From Candidatus Parcubacteria bacterium (GTDB taxonomy: Bacteria > Patescibacteriota > Patescibacteriia > UBA1558 > GWA2-36-10), in assembly GCA_018664825.1 (NCBI GenBank), contig JABJNO010000002.1:14068-78067 (forward strand): DNA of 64,000 nt, read 5' to 3'. The notes below the pieces were generated by a model. That model saw nothing but the letters and a program-made list of their open reading frames with translations, was not told the origin of the DNA and made no database searches. The translations under genes were made by a program, and so were the position numbers. Below are positions 18,548 to 27,968 of this stretch, piece by piece. Every line of letters starts with the position of its first letter. Position 1 is the first letter of the stretch.

Positions 18548-20578
18548 TTATTGTTGAGATGGTCTAATACTTGGATCTACTGGATCCACCGGATCTATAT
18601 TGTCTAAGATATCTTTTAAGTCTGACCAATCATCTATACATTTTTTATCCAAACATAACTGACCAGTATTTATTCCTTGTTCTGTAAAAGTTACAGCATT
18701 GCTTCCGTGCCAAAAATTTAAGTTTCCAGATCTATTATCTTGATAAATCCCCCAATGAGTATTGTCTCCTGATTGCAGATCAATTTCTGCATTTTCTGTT
18801 TCAGAATATATATCCAATGTTCTTTCTGGATATGCTTTATTAATACCAATCTTTCCACTAGAGTGAGCTGTAAACAATGGTTTACTTGGTGCTCCAGGAG
18901 CATCGCTATCAGCCACTACTCTAAAAGCAGAAACAGGATCATCGTTGTTTGCGTCTATAGCTATTCCTACATCCAAAAATGAACTAATCATCAAACCGCC
19001 CCAACCACCACTGATTGGTCCAATTTTTGATTGATTACCTTGTCCAATTAATAGTTCTCCACCGTTGTCTACTAGTAAATCACCATCAAAGTAGCCTGCA
19101 TAAGAATTTTCCCCATTTGCCTTGGCATAAACTGCTAATGAATCATCGCCATTTGATTTAAACACACCAGCCTTACCACCAAGCACCTCTGTCTGGGCCA
19201 TAATAGCCGCACTATAAGGTCTACCTGTATCTGTTACTCCTAAGGCCGCTATTCCTGTTATTGGATTTCCTTCTATGGCAGATAAATTACCAATCATTAC
19301 ATCACCATCAAACCAACCAGCCCAAGCTCCACCCGTTGCATTAGCAATCAAGGCTTTACTATTTTCACCACTAGCAGAAAGAGCCGCTGCTGATGAACTA
19401 GCCGCGCCTACAAAGGAACTAAAGTTATTTCTATTTGGCTCTATTGTTCCTAATGTTATATGTTTTGCAAATAAGTCTTCTGTGAAATTGGCATCACTAC
19501 GGAAATACACAGCCTCAGCACTTGATTTTATATTGTCTACTTCTAGGTCTCCATTTGTTATTTTTACTGGCCCATCAAAAAATCCAGCCGTACTACTAGA
19601 GATAGCATACAAGGCTGTACCGCCCACACCATTAGCTTGAAAAAATCCAGCCTTGGCATCATTACCATTGGCGCCAGCACTAAGTGCTATACCACCTGGG
19701 TTTTCATCAAGGACTGTCAATCTACCCGGAAGAGCTGGGCCCATGTGCAGGTCCTCGGTTATAACTACACTACCATCGAACTTACCAGCTAGCTCTCCGG
19801 CAAAAGCCTGACCATAAACACCAATGCCGCCTGGATAATTGGCTACACCAAGCACACCAGTATGCCCAGATCCAAATAAACCTGCTCCACCTGTCTCACT
19901 TGTTGACCAACCACGGACAGCGTTGCCATATGCATGTACATTTAAACCTGTATCTCCTTCATAATCTATCTCAACTTGACCATCAAACTTACCAGCATAA
20001 GAATTATTACCATCCGCATGACCATAAATTGCATTTGAATCCTCAGCATTAGCATAGGCCATTATAGCATCTTGACCAAAATCTAGACCTACTGCGCTAA
20101 CGCGTAAAGCTCCTTCTTGAGCTGAATCATGAAAACTACCTATGGTGGCTCCATTTTCTACACTAAGAAAATTTTCCACTCCCCAGCTTCCGTATAAAAA
20201 ACTTTTTTCACTTGCTGAATTTGAAAATGAATAACCACCCAAGTCCAAATCGACCGTCATCGGATTGTTCACATAAGAACCAGGCAATGTATCTATACCC
20301 CCATCATCAATAGAAATTGAGTTGATTTGATTTTCTAAAGTGTTTATTTTCTTTTCTAAATCAGAGACATCCTTCTGAAGAACGCCAGTAGTATCAAGTG
20401 CTTCTACAGTATTGAGCTCCAAAGTACGAGCTATCCCAGCATTGTAGCCCTGATAATAACTGATTCTTTCTTTGTCTTTTGAACCAAAAAAATCTACCGC
20501 CAAACTTTGTTGTGGTAGAGACATGGTCACAAAAATAGTTAGAACTAAAAATGAATTAAATAATTTTGTGCCTTTCAT
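18548..20578 (-). CDS. Large secreted glycine-rich repeat protein (putative surface or fibre-like protein)
   Basis: N-terminal signal peptide, a coiled-coil segment (LEKKINTLENQINSI), five or more repeats of the form aGxFDGxVxI (YAGKFDGQVEI, LAGKFDGSVVI, TAGFFDGPVKI, WAGWFDGDVMI, YAGYFDGDLLV), and a C-terminal PVDPVDP tail. Confidence 0.6.
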   Translation of the reverse strand: MKGTKLFNSFLVLTIFVTMSLPQQSLAVDFFGSKDKERISYYQGYNAGIARTLELNTVEALDTTGVLQKDVSDLEKKINTLENQINSISIDDGGIDTLPGSYVNNPMTVDLDLGGYSFSNSASEKSFLYGSWGVENFLSVENGATIGSFHDSAQEGALRVSAVGLDFGQDAIMAYANAEDSNAIYGHADGNNSYAGKFDGQVEIDYEGDTGLNVHAYGNAVRGWSTSETGGAGLFGSGHTGVLGVANYPGGIGVYGQAFAGELAGKFDGSVVITEDLHMGPALPGRLTVLDENPGGIALSAGANGNDAKAGFFQANGVGGTALYAISSSTAGFFDGPVKITNGDLEVDNIKSSAEAVYFRSDANFTEDLFAKHITLGTIEPNRNNFSSFVGAASSSAAALSASGENSKALIANATGGAWAGWFDGDVMIGNLSAIEGNPITGIAALGVTDTGRPYSAAIMAQTEVLGGKAGVFKSNGDDSLAVYAKANGENSYAGYFDGDLLVDNGGELLIGQGNQSKIGPISGGWGGLMISSFLDVGIAIDANNDDPVSAFRVVADSDAPGAPSKPLFTAHSSGKIGINKAYPERTLDIYSETENAEIDLQSGDNTHWGIYQDNRSGNLNFWHGSNAVTFTEQGINTGQLCLDKKCIDDWSDLKDILDNIDPVDPVDPSIRPSQQ

Positions 20579-20684
20579 AGCATTTTATTAATTTTAAACA
20601 ATACTATTATAGCATAAATGACCTATACTTGCCTACACCTCGAAATATGATACACTATATATCGTACAATTAACCTAAAAAAGC

Positions 20685-21947
20685 ATGGAAAATATAAACT
20701 CTACAGATCCAAAGATCGCTGAGATCTTGAAAAAAGAATTGGATCGTCAAAGACACGGAGCAGAGATGATTGCTTCGGAAAATTTTGTTTCCCCTGCTGT
20801 TTTAGAGGTTGCCGGCAGTGTCCTGACCAACAAATATGCCGAGGGCTACCCCAACAAAAGATATTATGGTGGCAATGAGTTTATCGATTTATCAGAACAA
20901 CTAGCCATCGACCGAGCCAAGGAGCTTTTTGGAGCCGAACACGCCAATGTCCAGCCTCATGCTGGTAGTCCAGCCAACGCTGAGGCATATTTTGCACTAG
21001 CTGAACTTGGTGATACCATCCTAGGCTTTTCACTAGCCCATGGTGGTCATCTGACCCACGGACACCCAGTCAATTTTTCAGGAAAATTTTATAACTTTGT
21101 TCACTACGGAGTAGACAAAGAAAAAGAGCTCATAGATATGAATCAAGTGCGTGAACTAGCCCTAAAACATAAACCAAAGATTATCTTGGCTGGAGCCTCT
21201 GCTTATTCTCGTAAAATAGATTTCAAGCCTTTCCGAGAAATCGCTAATGAAGTTGGTGCTTATCTGATGGTAGACATGGCTCATATCGCTGGACTAGTAG
21301 CTGTCGGTCTCCATCCTGACCCTGTACCATATAGTGATGTAGTGACAACGACTACTCACAAAACTCTACGTGGTCCAAGAGGGGCAATGATTTTGTCAAA
21401 AATAGAAGATAGATTAAATCCAAAAGACAAAAAAAACCTAGCTCAAAAAATAGACTCAGCTGTCTTCCCTGGTATGCAAGGCGGTCCGCTAGAACATATC
21501 ATAGCTGCCAAAGCAGTTGCTTTTGGCGAAGCTCTAAAACCAGAATTTAAAAAATATCAGGCTCAAGTAATCAAAAACTGTAAAGTACTAGAAGACAATT
21601 TTCGTGAAGCTGGTATCCGCATGGTCTCAGATGGTACAGACAATCACCTCTTGATGATCGATGTCAGTACTATAGGACTAGGTGGTAAAGAAGCAGAAAC
21701 TTTACTTGATAAAGTACATATCTTTACAAACAAAAATATGATTCCATTTGATAAAGGTACTCCGTTTAAGCCTTCTGGTATCCGCCTCGGTACTGCTGCC
21801 CTGACTACTCGTGGCCTCAAAGAATCTGAAATAGAACTTGTAGCCTCTGTCATGATAAAAACCCTAAAAGATAAAAAGGCAACTGACGAAAATAAAAATA
21901 AGATAATTGAATTGATGAAACAATTTGAATTGTATCCACAATTATAA
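20685..21947 (+). CDS. glyA: Serine hydroxymethyltransferase
   Basis: The N-terminal region matches the GlyA pattern; 420 aa. Confidence 0.9.
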   Translation: MENINSTDPKIAEILKKELDRQRHGAEMIASENFVSPAVLEVAGSVLTNKYAEGYPNKRYYGGNEFIDLSEQLAIDRAKELFGAEHANVQPHAGSPANAEAYFALAELGDTILGFSLAHGGHLTHGHPVNFSGKFYNFVHYGVDKEKELIDMNQVRELALKHKPKIILAGASAYSRKIDFKPFREIANEVGAYLMVDMAHIAGLVAVGLHPDPVPYSDVVTTTTHKTLRGPRGAMILSKIEDRLNPKDKKNLAQKIDSAVFPGMQGGPLEHIIAAKAVAFGEALKPEFKKYQAQVIKNCKVLEDNFREAGIRMVSDGTDNHLLMIDVSTIGLGGKEAETLLDKVHIFTNKNMIPFDKGTPFKPSGIRLGTAALTTRGLKESEIELVASVMIKTLKDKKATDENKNKIIELMKQFELYPQL

Positions 21948-21952
21948 AAAAT

Positions 21953-22798
21953 ATGAACAAAATGATTGATGGCAAAAAACTTGCCGAAAACATCCAGGTA
22001 GAAATAAGTAAAGAAATATTCCAAAAAGGCATCAGACCTAGTTTGGCAGTTGTTTTGGTAGGAGATGATCCGGCTAGCAGACTTTATGTAAACCTCAAAA
22101 AGAAAGCCAGTCAAAAAGTAGGTATTGATTTCCATGAATATCTTTTGGTCAAAAAATCTACCGAACAAGAAGTCCTAGAAACTATAGATTTTTTAAATAA
22201 AGACAAAGATATAGATGCTATATTGATTCAACTACCACTACCAAAGCATTTTGATACTGACAAAATCATCCAGGCTATGGATCCAGCCAAAGATGTCGAT
22301 GGATTTCATCCAGCTAGTATAAAAAAGTTTCTAAAAGGTCAATCTGGTTTTGTGCCGGGCTTGGCTCTAGGAATTTTTAAACTAATCAAAAGCACGGAAG
22401 AAGAACTCAAAGGTAAAAACGCTGTCATCGTAGCCAAGAGTGATATCCTCTACCAACCAGTAGCCAAATTACTAAACGATCAAGGTGTAGCTACCGCTAT
22501 TGTCCGTCCAGATGACAGAAACCTAAAAGACGAAACAATAAAAGCTGACATTTTGATAGTGGCTTGTGGTTCTCCATTTTTTATCAAAGAGGATATGGTC
22601 AAACAAGATTCTATTGTGATAGATGTGGGCACCAACAAAATAGACAATGATTATATTGTGGGTGACGTAGACTATACAAATGTATTCCAAAAGGCCAAAT
22701 TTATCACGCCGGTCCCAGGAGGAGTCGGACCAATGACCGTAGCAATGCTACTCTACAATACTCTCCAACTAGCTGAAAATAAAAAAACCGCCGAATAG
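21953..22798 (+). CDS. folD: Bifunctional methylenetetrahydrofolate dehydrogenase/cyclohydrolase
   Basis: N-terminus MIDGKKLAENIQVEISKEI and a FolD-typical length, 5 nt after glyA. Confidence 0.85.
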   Translation: MNKMIDGKKLAENIQVEISKEIFQKGIRPSLAVVLVGDDPASRLYVNLKKKASQKVGIDFHEYLLVKKSTEQEVLETIDFLNKDKDIDAILIQLPLPKHFDTDKIIQAMDPAKDVDGFHPASIKKFLKGQSGFVPGLALGIFKLIKSTEEELKGKNAVIVAKSDILYQPVAKLLNDQGVATAIVRPDDRNLKDETIKADILIVACGSPFFIKEDMVKQDSIVIDVGTNKIDNDYIVGDVDYTNVFQKAKFITPVPGGVGPMTVAMLLYNTLQLAENKKTAE

Positions 22799-22808
22799 GC
22801 GGTTTTAA
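22787..22808 (+). terminator. Intrinsic terminator overlapping the folD stop
   Basis: Hairpin accgcc/ggcggt with a 5-nt loop, followed by tttt. Confidence 0.5.
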
Positions 22809-22827
22809 AATATGATATTTATAGATA

Positions 22828-22855
22828 TTGACAAAAAATCAAAATAAACTACAAT
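22828..22855 (+). promoter_or_regulatory. Sigma70 promoter (TTGACA-16-TACAAT) for the GC-rich gene at 22914
   Basis: TTGACA at 22828-22833 and TACAAT at 22850-22855. A strong SD (AAGGAG at 22902-22907) precedes the ATG at 22914. Confidence 0.5.
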
Positions 22856-22913
22856 ACTTGGTTCGAGTTCATTTTAGCAAAAAACGTTCGAATCCCTAAA
22901 AAAGGAGTAAATA

Positions 22914-23867
22914 ATGAGTGGCACTTTTGAGATTCATGTCTTACCTCGTCAGGTAATGACCCAGGAACAGTTTCTAAGCGAAACACCCCCATGTTCTATT
23001 GCTCTTGATGGAGTAGTGAGTGGAGGTCCCTACTTTGACCCAGTATCTCTCCACATCAACTTTGATCACCATGACAATGTGGTGCGCGAAGCTACGATGA
23101 GTACTGCCAAGCAGGTCTTTGTGGCTATCAAGGGTGGCTTGATGAAATCATTTCGTGAAGATGGTCGAGCTCATGCTCACATCTACATCAATGACACCGA
23201 TCAAGACACTTCTTTGGCCGTCTGGCTTCTGATGAACTACACCCTCTTTGAAGGTACACAAAGTGTACCCTTGATCAGTCGTATCCTGGACCTGTCCGAC
23301 AAGTGGGATATCACCGGCGGAGCATTTCCGGTCAACCTCAAAGAAGAAGTTGTCCGTCAACACAACTGGATTTTCGAGCCTTATTCCAATTTGCGTAAAT
23401 CTGGCCAATTGGCCAACGCTGACGCAGATGTAATGCGCGACAACCTGGATGCTGTGATGGCTCGCTTGACCAAGGCTATGATGGGCGAAGCTGGTGAAGT
23501 TGATCTCGATACTCGTCACGAAATTTTGTGTGATCATCCGATCTTCAAAATCGTTGATGAAATCGGTGGCAACGAAGCTCGCTACTACCTCTATAGCCAA
23601 GGCATGAATGCTTTTGTCAGCATCGTCGCCAGACGTGAAGACAAAAGTACTGTCTACGTAGTTGGTCGTCGCTCCCAATACATCCCCTTTCCTGTCAGTC
23701 AAATTCTGACTGCTCTAAACCAGGCTGAATTTGCCAAACGAGGCAAAGAGTTGGTTGAAGGTGACCAATGGGGTGGCTCCGATCTAATCGGAGGATCTCC
23801 CAGATCATCAGGCAGTGTACTGACCTGGGAAGAGATCAAGGATGTTCTGTTGAACGTTGTAGAATAA
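22914..23867 (+). CDS. Hypothetical protein (317 aa), compositionally atypical (GC about 47%)
   Basis: Uninterrupted ORF with its own promoter, SD and a perfect 10-bp terminator. No domain was confidently recognised by eye. GC is much higher than the flanking glyA/folD. Confidence 0.5.
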   Translation: MSGTFEIHVLPRQVMTQEQFLSETPPCSIALDGVVSGGPYFDPVSLHINFDHHDNVVREATMSTAKQVFVAIKGGLMKSFREDGRAHAHIYINDTDQDTSLAVWLLMNYTLFEGTQSVPLISRILDLSDKWDITGGAFPVNLKEEVVRQHNWIFEPYSNLRKSGQLANADADVMRDNLDAVMARLTKAMMGEAGEVDLDTRHEILCDHPIFKIVDEIGGNEARYYLYSQGMNAFVSIVARREDKSTVYVVGRRSQYIPFPVSQILTALNQAEFAKRGKELVEGDQWGGSDLIGGSPRSSGSVLTWEEIKDVLLNVVE

Positions 23868-23883
23868 TCTACACAAAAACAAA

Positions 23884-23920
23884 AGCGGGCTGGAAAAATT
23901 TCCAGCCCGCTCTTTATTTT
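23884..23920. terminator. Bidirectional intrinsic terminator
   Basis: Perfect 10-bp stem agcgggctgg/ccagcccgct, 8-nt loop, A-run before and T-run after. It lies between convergent genes. Confidence 0.75.
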
Positions 23921-24704
23921 ATAATAATGTATTTTGCCAACTATCCATCTTACCTCCCAGTTTGAGATCTTTTATCCTGTCAATATCAAACATTCTTATA
24001 GCCTGTCGGAGATGACAGTAGGCTTTTATTTTATTTCCGGTAATTCGCTGAACATCAATCTTTCTTGAGGTGGTTTTGCCTGATTCATCCATATACTCTA
24101 TTTCCAACTGATCACCGTCTTTGAGGGCATCATGGACTTTTTGCTCAACTGTCCGACCATTGTTGTTGCCCCAACGAGCAATTATCTTTTCTTTGTGTCC
24201 AGAATTTTGATACCACATATGACCATGCTTCAAACCATAATCATATACTTCTTTGGTGACTTTGACATCATCTAAACAATACCTTATCAGATTGTCCCAA
24301 TCTTCATTGCGGTAATACACGATAGCATCAAGACCAGAGCCAGATTTGCCATAGCCTAGTGTGCTCTGTGCTACACTCTCTAGTTTCAGTCTATGCCCCA
24401 AAGCATGAACTACTTCTTCCAAGATATCCAAGTGAGGTATAGTAGATAAATCAAAATCTTTGTAATATGGCTGAAGAGCGGTATTATCAAAACTCTTACT
24501 ATTGAAACCGATCAACAATTCTGTATTTTTAAATATCTCCAAAAGCTCCCCAAACTCCTCTTCTTTGAAAGCACGATATTGATCTCTATTATAAGAATAA
24601 ATACCAACCACGGATACTTCCATTTTATCAATATGATCATAACCACCGACCTCGTCAAAGGTCTTTTTGGTTTCTAAATCAAATACTATTTTATCTTTTT
24701 TCAT
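23919..24704 (-). CDS. PolB-type (DEDDy) 3'-5' exonuclease fused to a C-terminal WYL-like domain
   Basis: Exo I FDLET, Exo II GFNSKSFDNTAL and Exo III YCLDDV (YxxxD) are all present. The C-terminal ~80 aa (LEIEYMDESGKTTSRKIDVQRITGNKIKAYCHLRQAIRMFDIDRI) fit the WYL-domain core pattern (..WYLvAyc.lrg.fRtFrldRI). Confidence 0.55.
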   Translation of the reverse strand: MKKDKIVFDLETKKTFDEVGGYDHIDKMEVSVVGIYSYNRDQYRAFKEEEFGELLEIFKNTELLIGFNSKSFDNTALQPYYKDFDLSTIPHLDILEEVVHALGHRLKLESVAQSTLGYGKSGSGLDAIVYYRNEDWDNLIRYCLDDVKVTKEVYDYGLKHGHMWYQNSGHKEKIIARWGNNNGRTVEQKVHDALKDGDQLEIEYMDESGKTTSRKIDVQRITGNKIKAYCHLRQAIRMFDIDRIKDLKLGGKMDSWQNTLL

Positions 24705-24736
24705 AACGCATTATATTATAACAAAATTTTGAAAAA

Positions 24737-26794
24737 TTACCAGTTATCGACGTCAGGCAAGAAGCCATCGCTTCTTTCGTTTTTTTCATGATCCTCAAAA
24801 TCTCCATCGGACTCATAAGACACTCCATCACCACTAGCATAAGTAATATTCCTTGATAGCTCATTGTGATTCAAAAGATTGCCATCTATGTCTGATATAA
24901 AAATTGAAGGCTGCATGCTTTTGTGTCCATCAAATCTATAAACCGACATCGGATAAGTGAGATAGAGGTGCTTCATGGCCCTAGTGATAGCCACATAGAG
25001 CAATCTTCTTTCTTCTTCTTGCTCGTGTTCGGTCACAGCTAGTGGATGTGGGAAAGATTGAGTGGTCAAATTCATAATAAACACCGCTGGCCACTCCAAT
25101 CCTTTTGATTGATGGACTGTACTCAATACCACTACATCATTGTCCTGCTTTTGAGCCTGTCTGACTGTAAAATTTTCTTGCAAACTTACTTCTGTCAAAA
25201 ATGAGCCTAAATCATCATAAGATGAAGCAAAGGCCGCCAACTGCCCCAAATCATCTTCACGTTGATAATGATCGGGAAATTTTTCTATCAAATAATCTCG
25301 GTATTTTTCATTGACTGCTTTTATCAATTCTCCAATATTTTTTTGTTTTTGATGGAAAAGACTAGATAACACTTCATTTACCTTATTCCAACTTTGTGTT
25401 GCTTTTTCTGATAGTTTTGGTTTTACTCCTGGCAATTCCTCCAAAGTTTTTATCTGTGATGTTTCTGTAATTATTTTTTTAGCAGTTGCTGGACCCACTC
25501 CTTCATAAAGTTGCAGAACTCTTTGCCAAGATATAGCATCTTTATGATTATACAAAATCCTTAGCCAGGCTGCCACGTCTTTGATGTGTGCTCTTTCAAA
25601 AAATTTCAAACCACCGCGCATCTCATAGTCTATACCTCTTTTGTTGAGCTCCATTTCAAGTGATTGAGAATGGTGAGCTGCTCGAAATAATATCGCTATT
25701 TGTTTTGGTCTCAATCCATCAGCCATCAAGCCTTGGATCCTATCGGTAATCATGATAGCCTCTTCTATATTGTTGCGCACAGCTGACAACTCGGGCCTAG
25801 TATAACTAGGCAAAACAGCTGATAATTTTTTTGTAAATTGTTTTTTATTTTTAGATATAACATTATTGGCCAGATTCAAAATCTCTGGTGTAGAACGATA
25901 ATTTGTTTCTAGCTTGTGGGTTTTAGCATTTTTAAATTTTTTGGGGAAATCCAAAATATTTCTGATATCAGCCGCCCTAAAAGAATAAATACTCTGAGCA
26001 TCATCGCCTACTGCCAAAATATTTTGATGGCTTTCAGCTAGATTATAAACAATCTCCGCCTGGACTGTATTTGTATCTTGATACTCATCTACCAAGATAT
26101 AATCCCACTTGGCATCAAGGATAGGACCTATCTTTGGATGCTCAGTCAAAGTTTTCCAAAATGATAACAAGTCATCAAAATCCAAAAGACTATTGGCTTG
26201 TTTTCTTTTTTTGTACTCAGCTAGAACTTTTTCAAAAAATTCTACTATTGGTAGCCATTCCGGAAACTTGGCGTCTAGACTTTCCTCTACCTTGATACCT
26301 GAATTGATCGCAAAACTAATCACCTCGCTGATTATAGCTGGTGAGGGTTTACTTTTGTCTGGCAAATTTCCAAAAAGCTCTTTACTTATATTTTTGAGTA
26401 GAGTTTTTTTGTCTTCTTGATCCAAGATTGCAAAACCAGGTTCAACACCAATATGCTTTCCGTATATTCGAAGTAATCGATTGCCCACTGAATGAAAAGT
26501 ACCTCCCCAAAGAGAGAGTTTATTGTCCTTCTGTAAACCTATGAGATTTTTTACTCGCTCCATCATCTCGGCTGCCGCCTTGTTGGTAAAGGTGAGTAGT
26601 AATATCCTCTCTGGCTTGATACCTTGTTCCAAGAGCCAGGCCACCCGATAGGTCAATGTACGCGTCTTACCGCTACCTGCTCCTGCTAAAACCAAATGAG
26701 GCCCATCACCTGCTGTGACGACCTCGTGTTGTGCTGAATTTAGCTCTTTTTCAAAATCAATTTTAATCATAGTAGACATATTATAACCAATCAT
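24737..26794 (-). CDS. UvrD/PcrA/Rep-family ATP-dependent DNA helicase
   Basis: Walker A LVLAGAGSGKTRTLTYRVAWLL, a UvrD-like helicase C-terminal domain, 685 aa. The start may be the internal MSTMIKIDF at 26776. Confidence 0.85.
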   Translation of the reverse strand: MIGYNMSTMIKIDFEKELNSAQHEVVTAGDGPHLVLAGAGSGKTRTLTYRVAWLLEQGIKPERILLLTFTNKAAAEMMERVKNLIGLQKDNKLSLWGGTFHSVGNRLLRIYGKHIGVEPGFAILDQEDKKTLLKNISKELFGNLPDKSKPSPAIISEVISFAINSGIKVEESLDAKFPEWLPIVEFFEKVLAEYKKRKQANSLLDFDDLLSFWKTLTEHPKIGPILDAKWDYILVDEYQDTNTVQAEIVYNLAESHQNILAVGDDAQSIYSFRAADIRNILDFPKKFKNAKTHKLETNYRSTPEILNLANNVISKNKKQFTKKLSAVLPSYTRPELSAVRNNIEEAIMITDRIQGLMADGLRPKQIAILFRAAHHSQSLEMELNKRGIDYEMRGGLKFFERAHIKDVAAWLRILYNHKDAISWQRVLQLYEGVGPATAKKIITETSQIKTLEELPGVKPKLSEKATQSWNKVNEVLSSLFHQKQKNIGELIKAVNEKYRDYLIEKFPDHYQREDDLGQLAAFASSYDDLGSFLTEVSLQENFTVRQAQKQDNDVVVLSTVHQSKGLEWPAVFIMNLTTQSFPHPLAVTEHEQEEERRLLYVAITRAMKHLYLTYPMSVYRFDGHKSMQPSIFISDIDGNLLNHNELSRNITYASGDGVSYESDGDFEDHEKNERSDGFLPDVDNW

Positions 26795-26844
26795 TGATTT
26801 AATTACAAATATATGATTTAATTCTTGCGTTATACTATAAAATT

Positions 26845-27906
26845 ATGTCATTTTCCTTAGGAATCGTCGGCTTACCAAACGTCGGCAAATCAACATTATT
26901 TCAAGCATTGACCCGCAATAAGGTAGAAGCATCAAACTACCCGTTTTGTACTATTGATCCAAACGTCGGAGTCGTGCCAGTACCTGATCCTCGTCTAGTC
27001 CAGCTAGCCGAGCTTTCTAAATCTGAAAAAATCATCCCAACTGCCATAGAATTTGTCGATATCGCCGGTCTTGTCCAGGGTGCTTCTGAAGGTGAAGGTC
27101 TAGGAAACAAATTTTTGTCACATATTCGAGAAGTAGATGCTATCGTCCAGGTAGTGAGGAAATTTTCTGACTCAAACGTCACTCATGTTCACGGTAATAT
27201 TGATCCAGAATACGACAAGCAAATCATCAACCTCGAACTCATCATGGCTGACCTTGATACTGTGACAAAACATCTAGAAAAAGTGATTTCCAAAATGAAG
27301 GGTCCTTATGACAAAATATTGGACAAAGAAAAAGTATTGCTCGAAAAAGTAAAAGCCACTTTGGACGAAAATAAACTGGCCAATACTTTGGAACTTGACG
27401 AAGAAGAAAGTAAAATACTAAAACAACTCAATCTACTTTCTATCAAACCAATTATATATTTATACAACATAGACGAAGCTGATGTCGATAAAGATCTGGG
27501 CTTGCCCGAACACTCTCTGGCTATCTGCGCCAAAACCGAAGCCGAGTTGGCTGATCTAGATCCAGTAGAAGCTAGTGAATATCTAAAAGAACTAGGTATA
27601 GAAAAAAGTGGTCTAGAAAACCTGATTGTCACCAGCTATAAACTTTTGAACTTGCTTACTTTTTTGACAACGGGACCAGAAGAAACAAAAGCCTGGACTA
27701 CTACTGATGGCGCCAAAGCTCCTCAAGCAGCTGGAGTCATCCACACTGACTTTGAAAAAGGTTTTATCCGAGCCGAAGTCATAAACTGGGAAGAACTACT
27801 AGATGCTGGCGGCTGGAATCAAGCTAGAGAAGCCGGAAAAATGCGCATGGAAGGAAAGGAATATATCATCAAAGATGGTGACACGGTCCATTTTCATTTC
27901 AACTAA
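26845..27906 (+). CDS. ychF: Ribosome-binding ATPase YchF (Obg-like GTPase family)
   Basis: GIVGLPNVGKSTLFQALT P-loop and a C-terminal TGS-like domain; 353 aa. Confidence 0.85.
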   Translation: MSFSLGIVGLPNVGKSTLFQALTRNKVEASNYPFCTIDPNVGVVPVPDPRLVQLAELSKSEKIIPTAIEFVDIAGLVQGASEGEGLGNKFLSHIREVDAIVQVVRKFSDSNVTHVHGNIDPEYDKQIINLELIMADLDTVTKHLEKVISKMKGPYDKILDKEKVLLEKVKATLDENKLANTLELDEEESKILKQLNLLSIKPIIYLYNIDEADVDKDLGLPEHSLAICAKTEAELADLDPVEASEYLKELGIEKSGLENLIVTSYKLLNLLTFLTTGPEETKAWTTTDGAKAPQAAGVIHTDFEKGFIRAEVINWEELLDAGGWNQAREAGKMRMEGKEYIIKDGDTVHFHFN

Positions 27907-27968
27907 TAATCATTGCCGAACGAGCCTAATAATGCTAAAATTAAAGCATATTTATTATAATAAAACTC

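Noticed and set aside
18036-20578. Prophage or integrative element suggested by the excisionase-type HTH gene.
   Set aside because: No integrase, terminase, capsid or att-like direct repeats are visible in the window, so only a lone HTH gene is claimed.
22914-23867. DHH-family phosphoesterase assignment for the 317-aa GC-rich ORF (the sequence contains FDHHD and DTDQD).
   Set aside because: The order and spacing of the motifs do not match the DHH family (DxD, then D, then DHH, then GGGH), so the protein is left as hypothetical.
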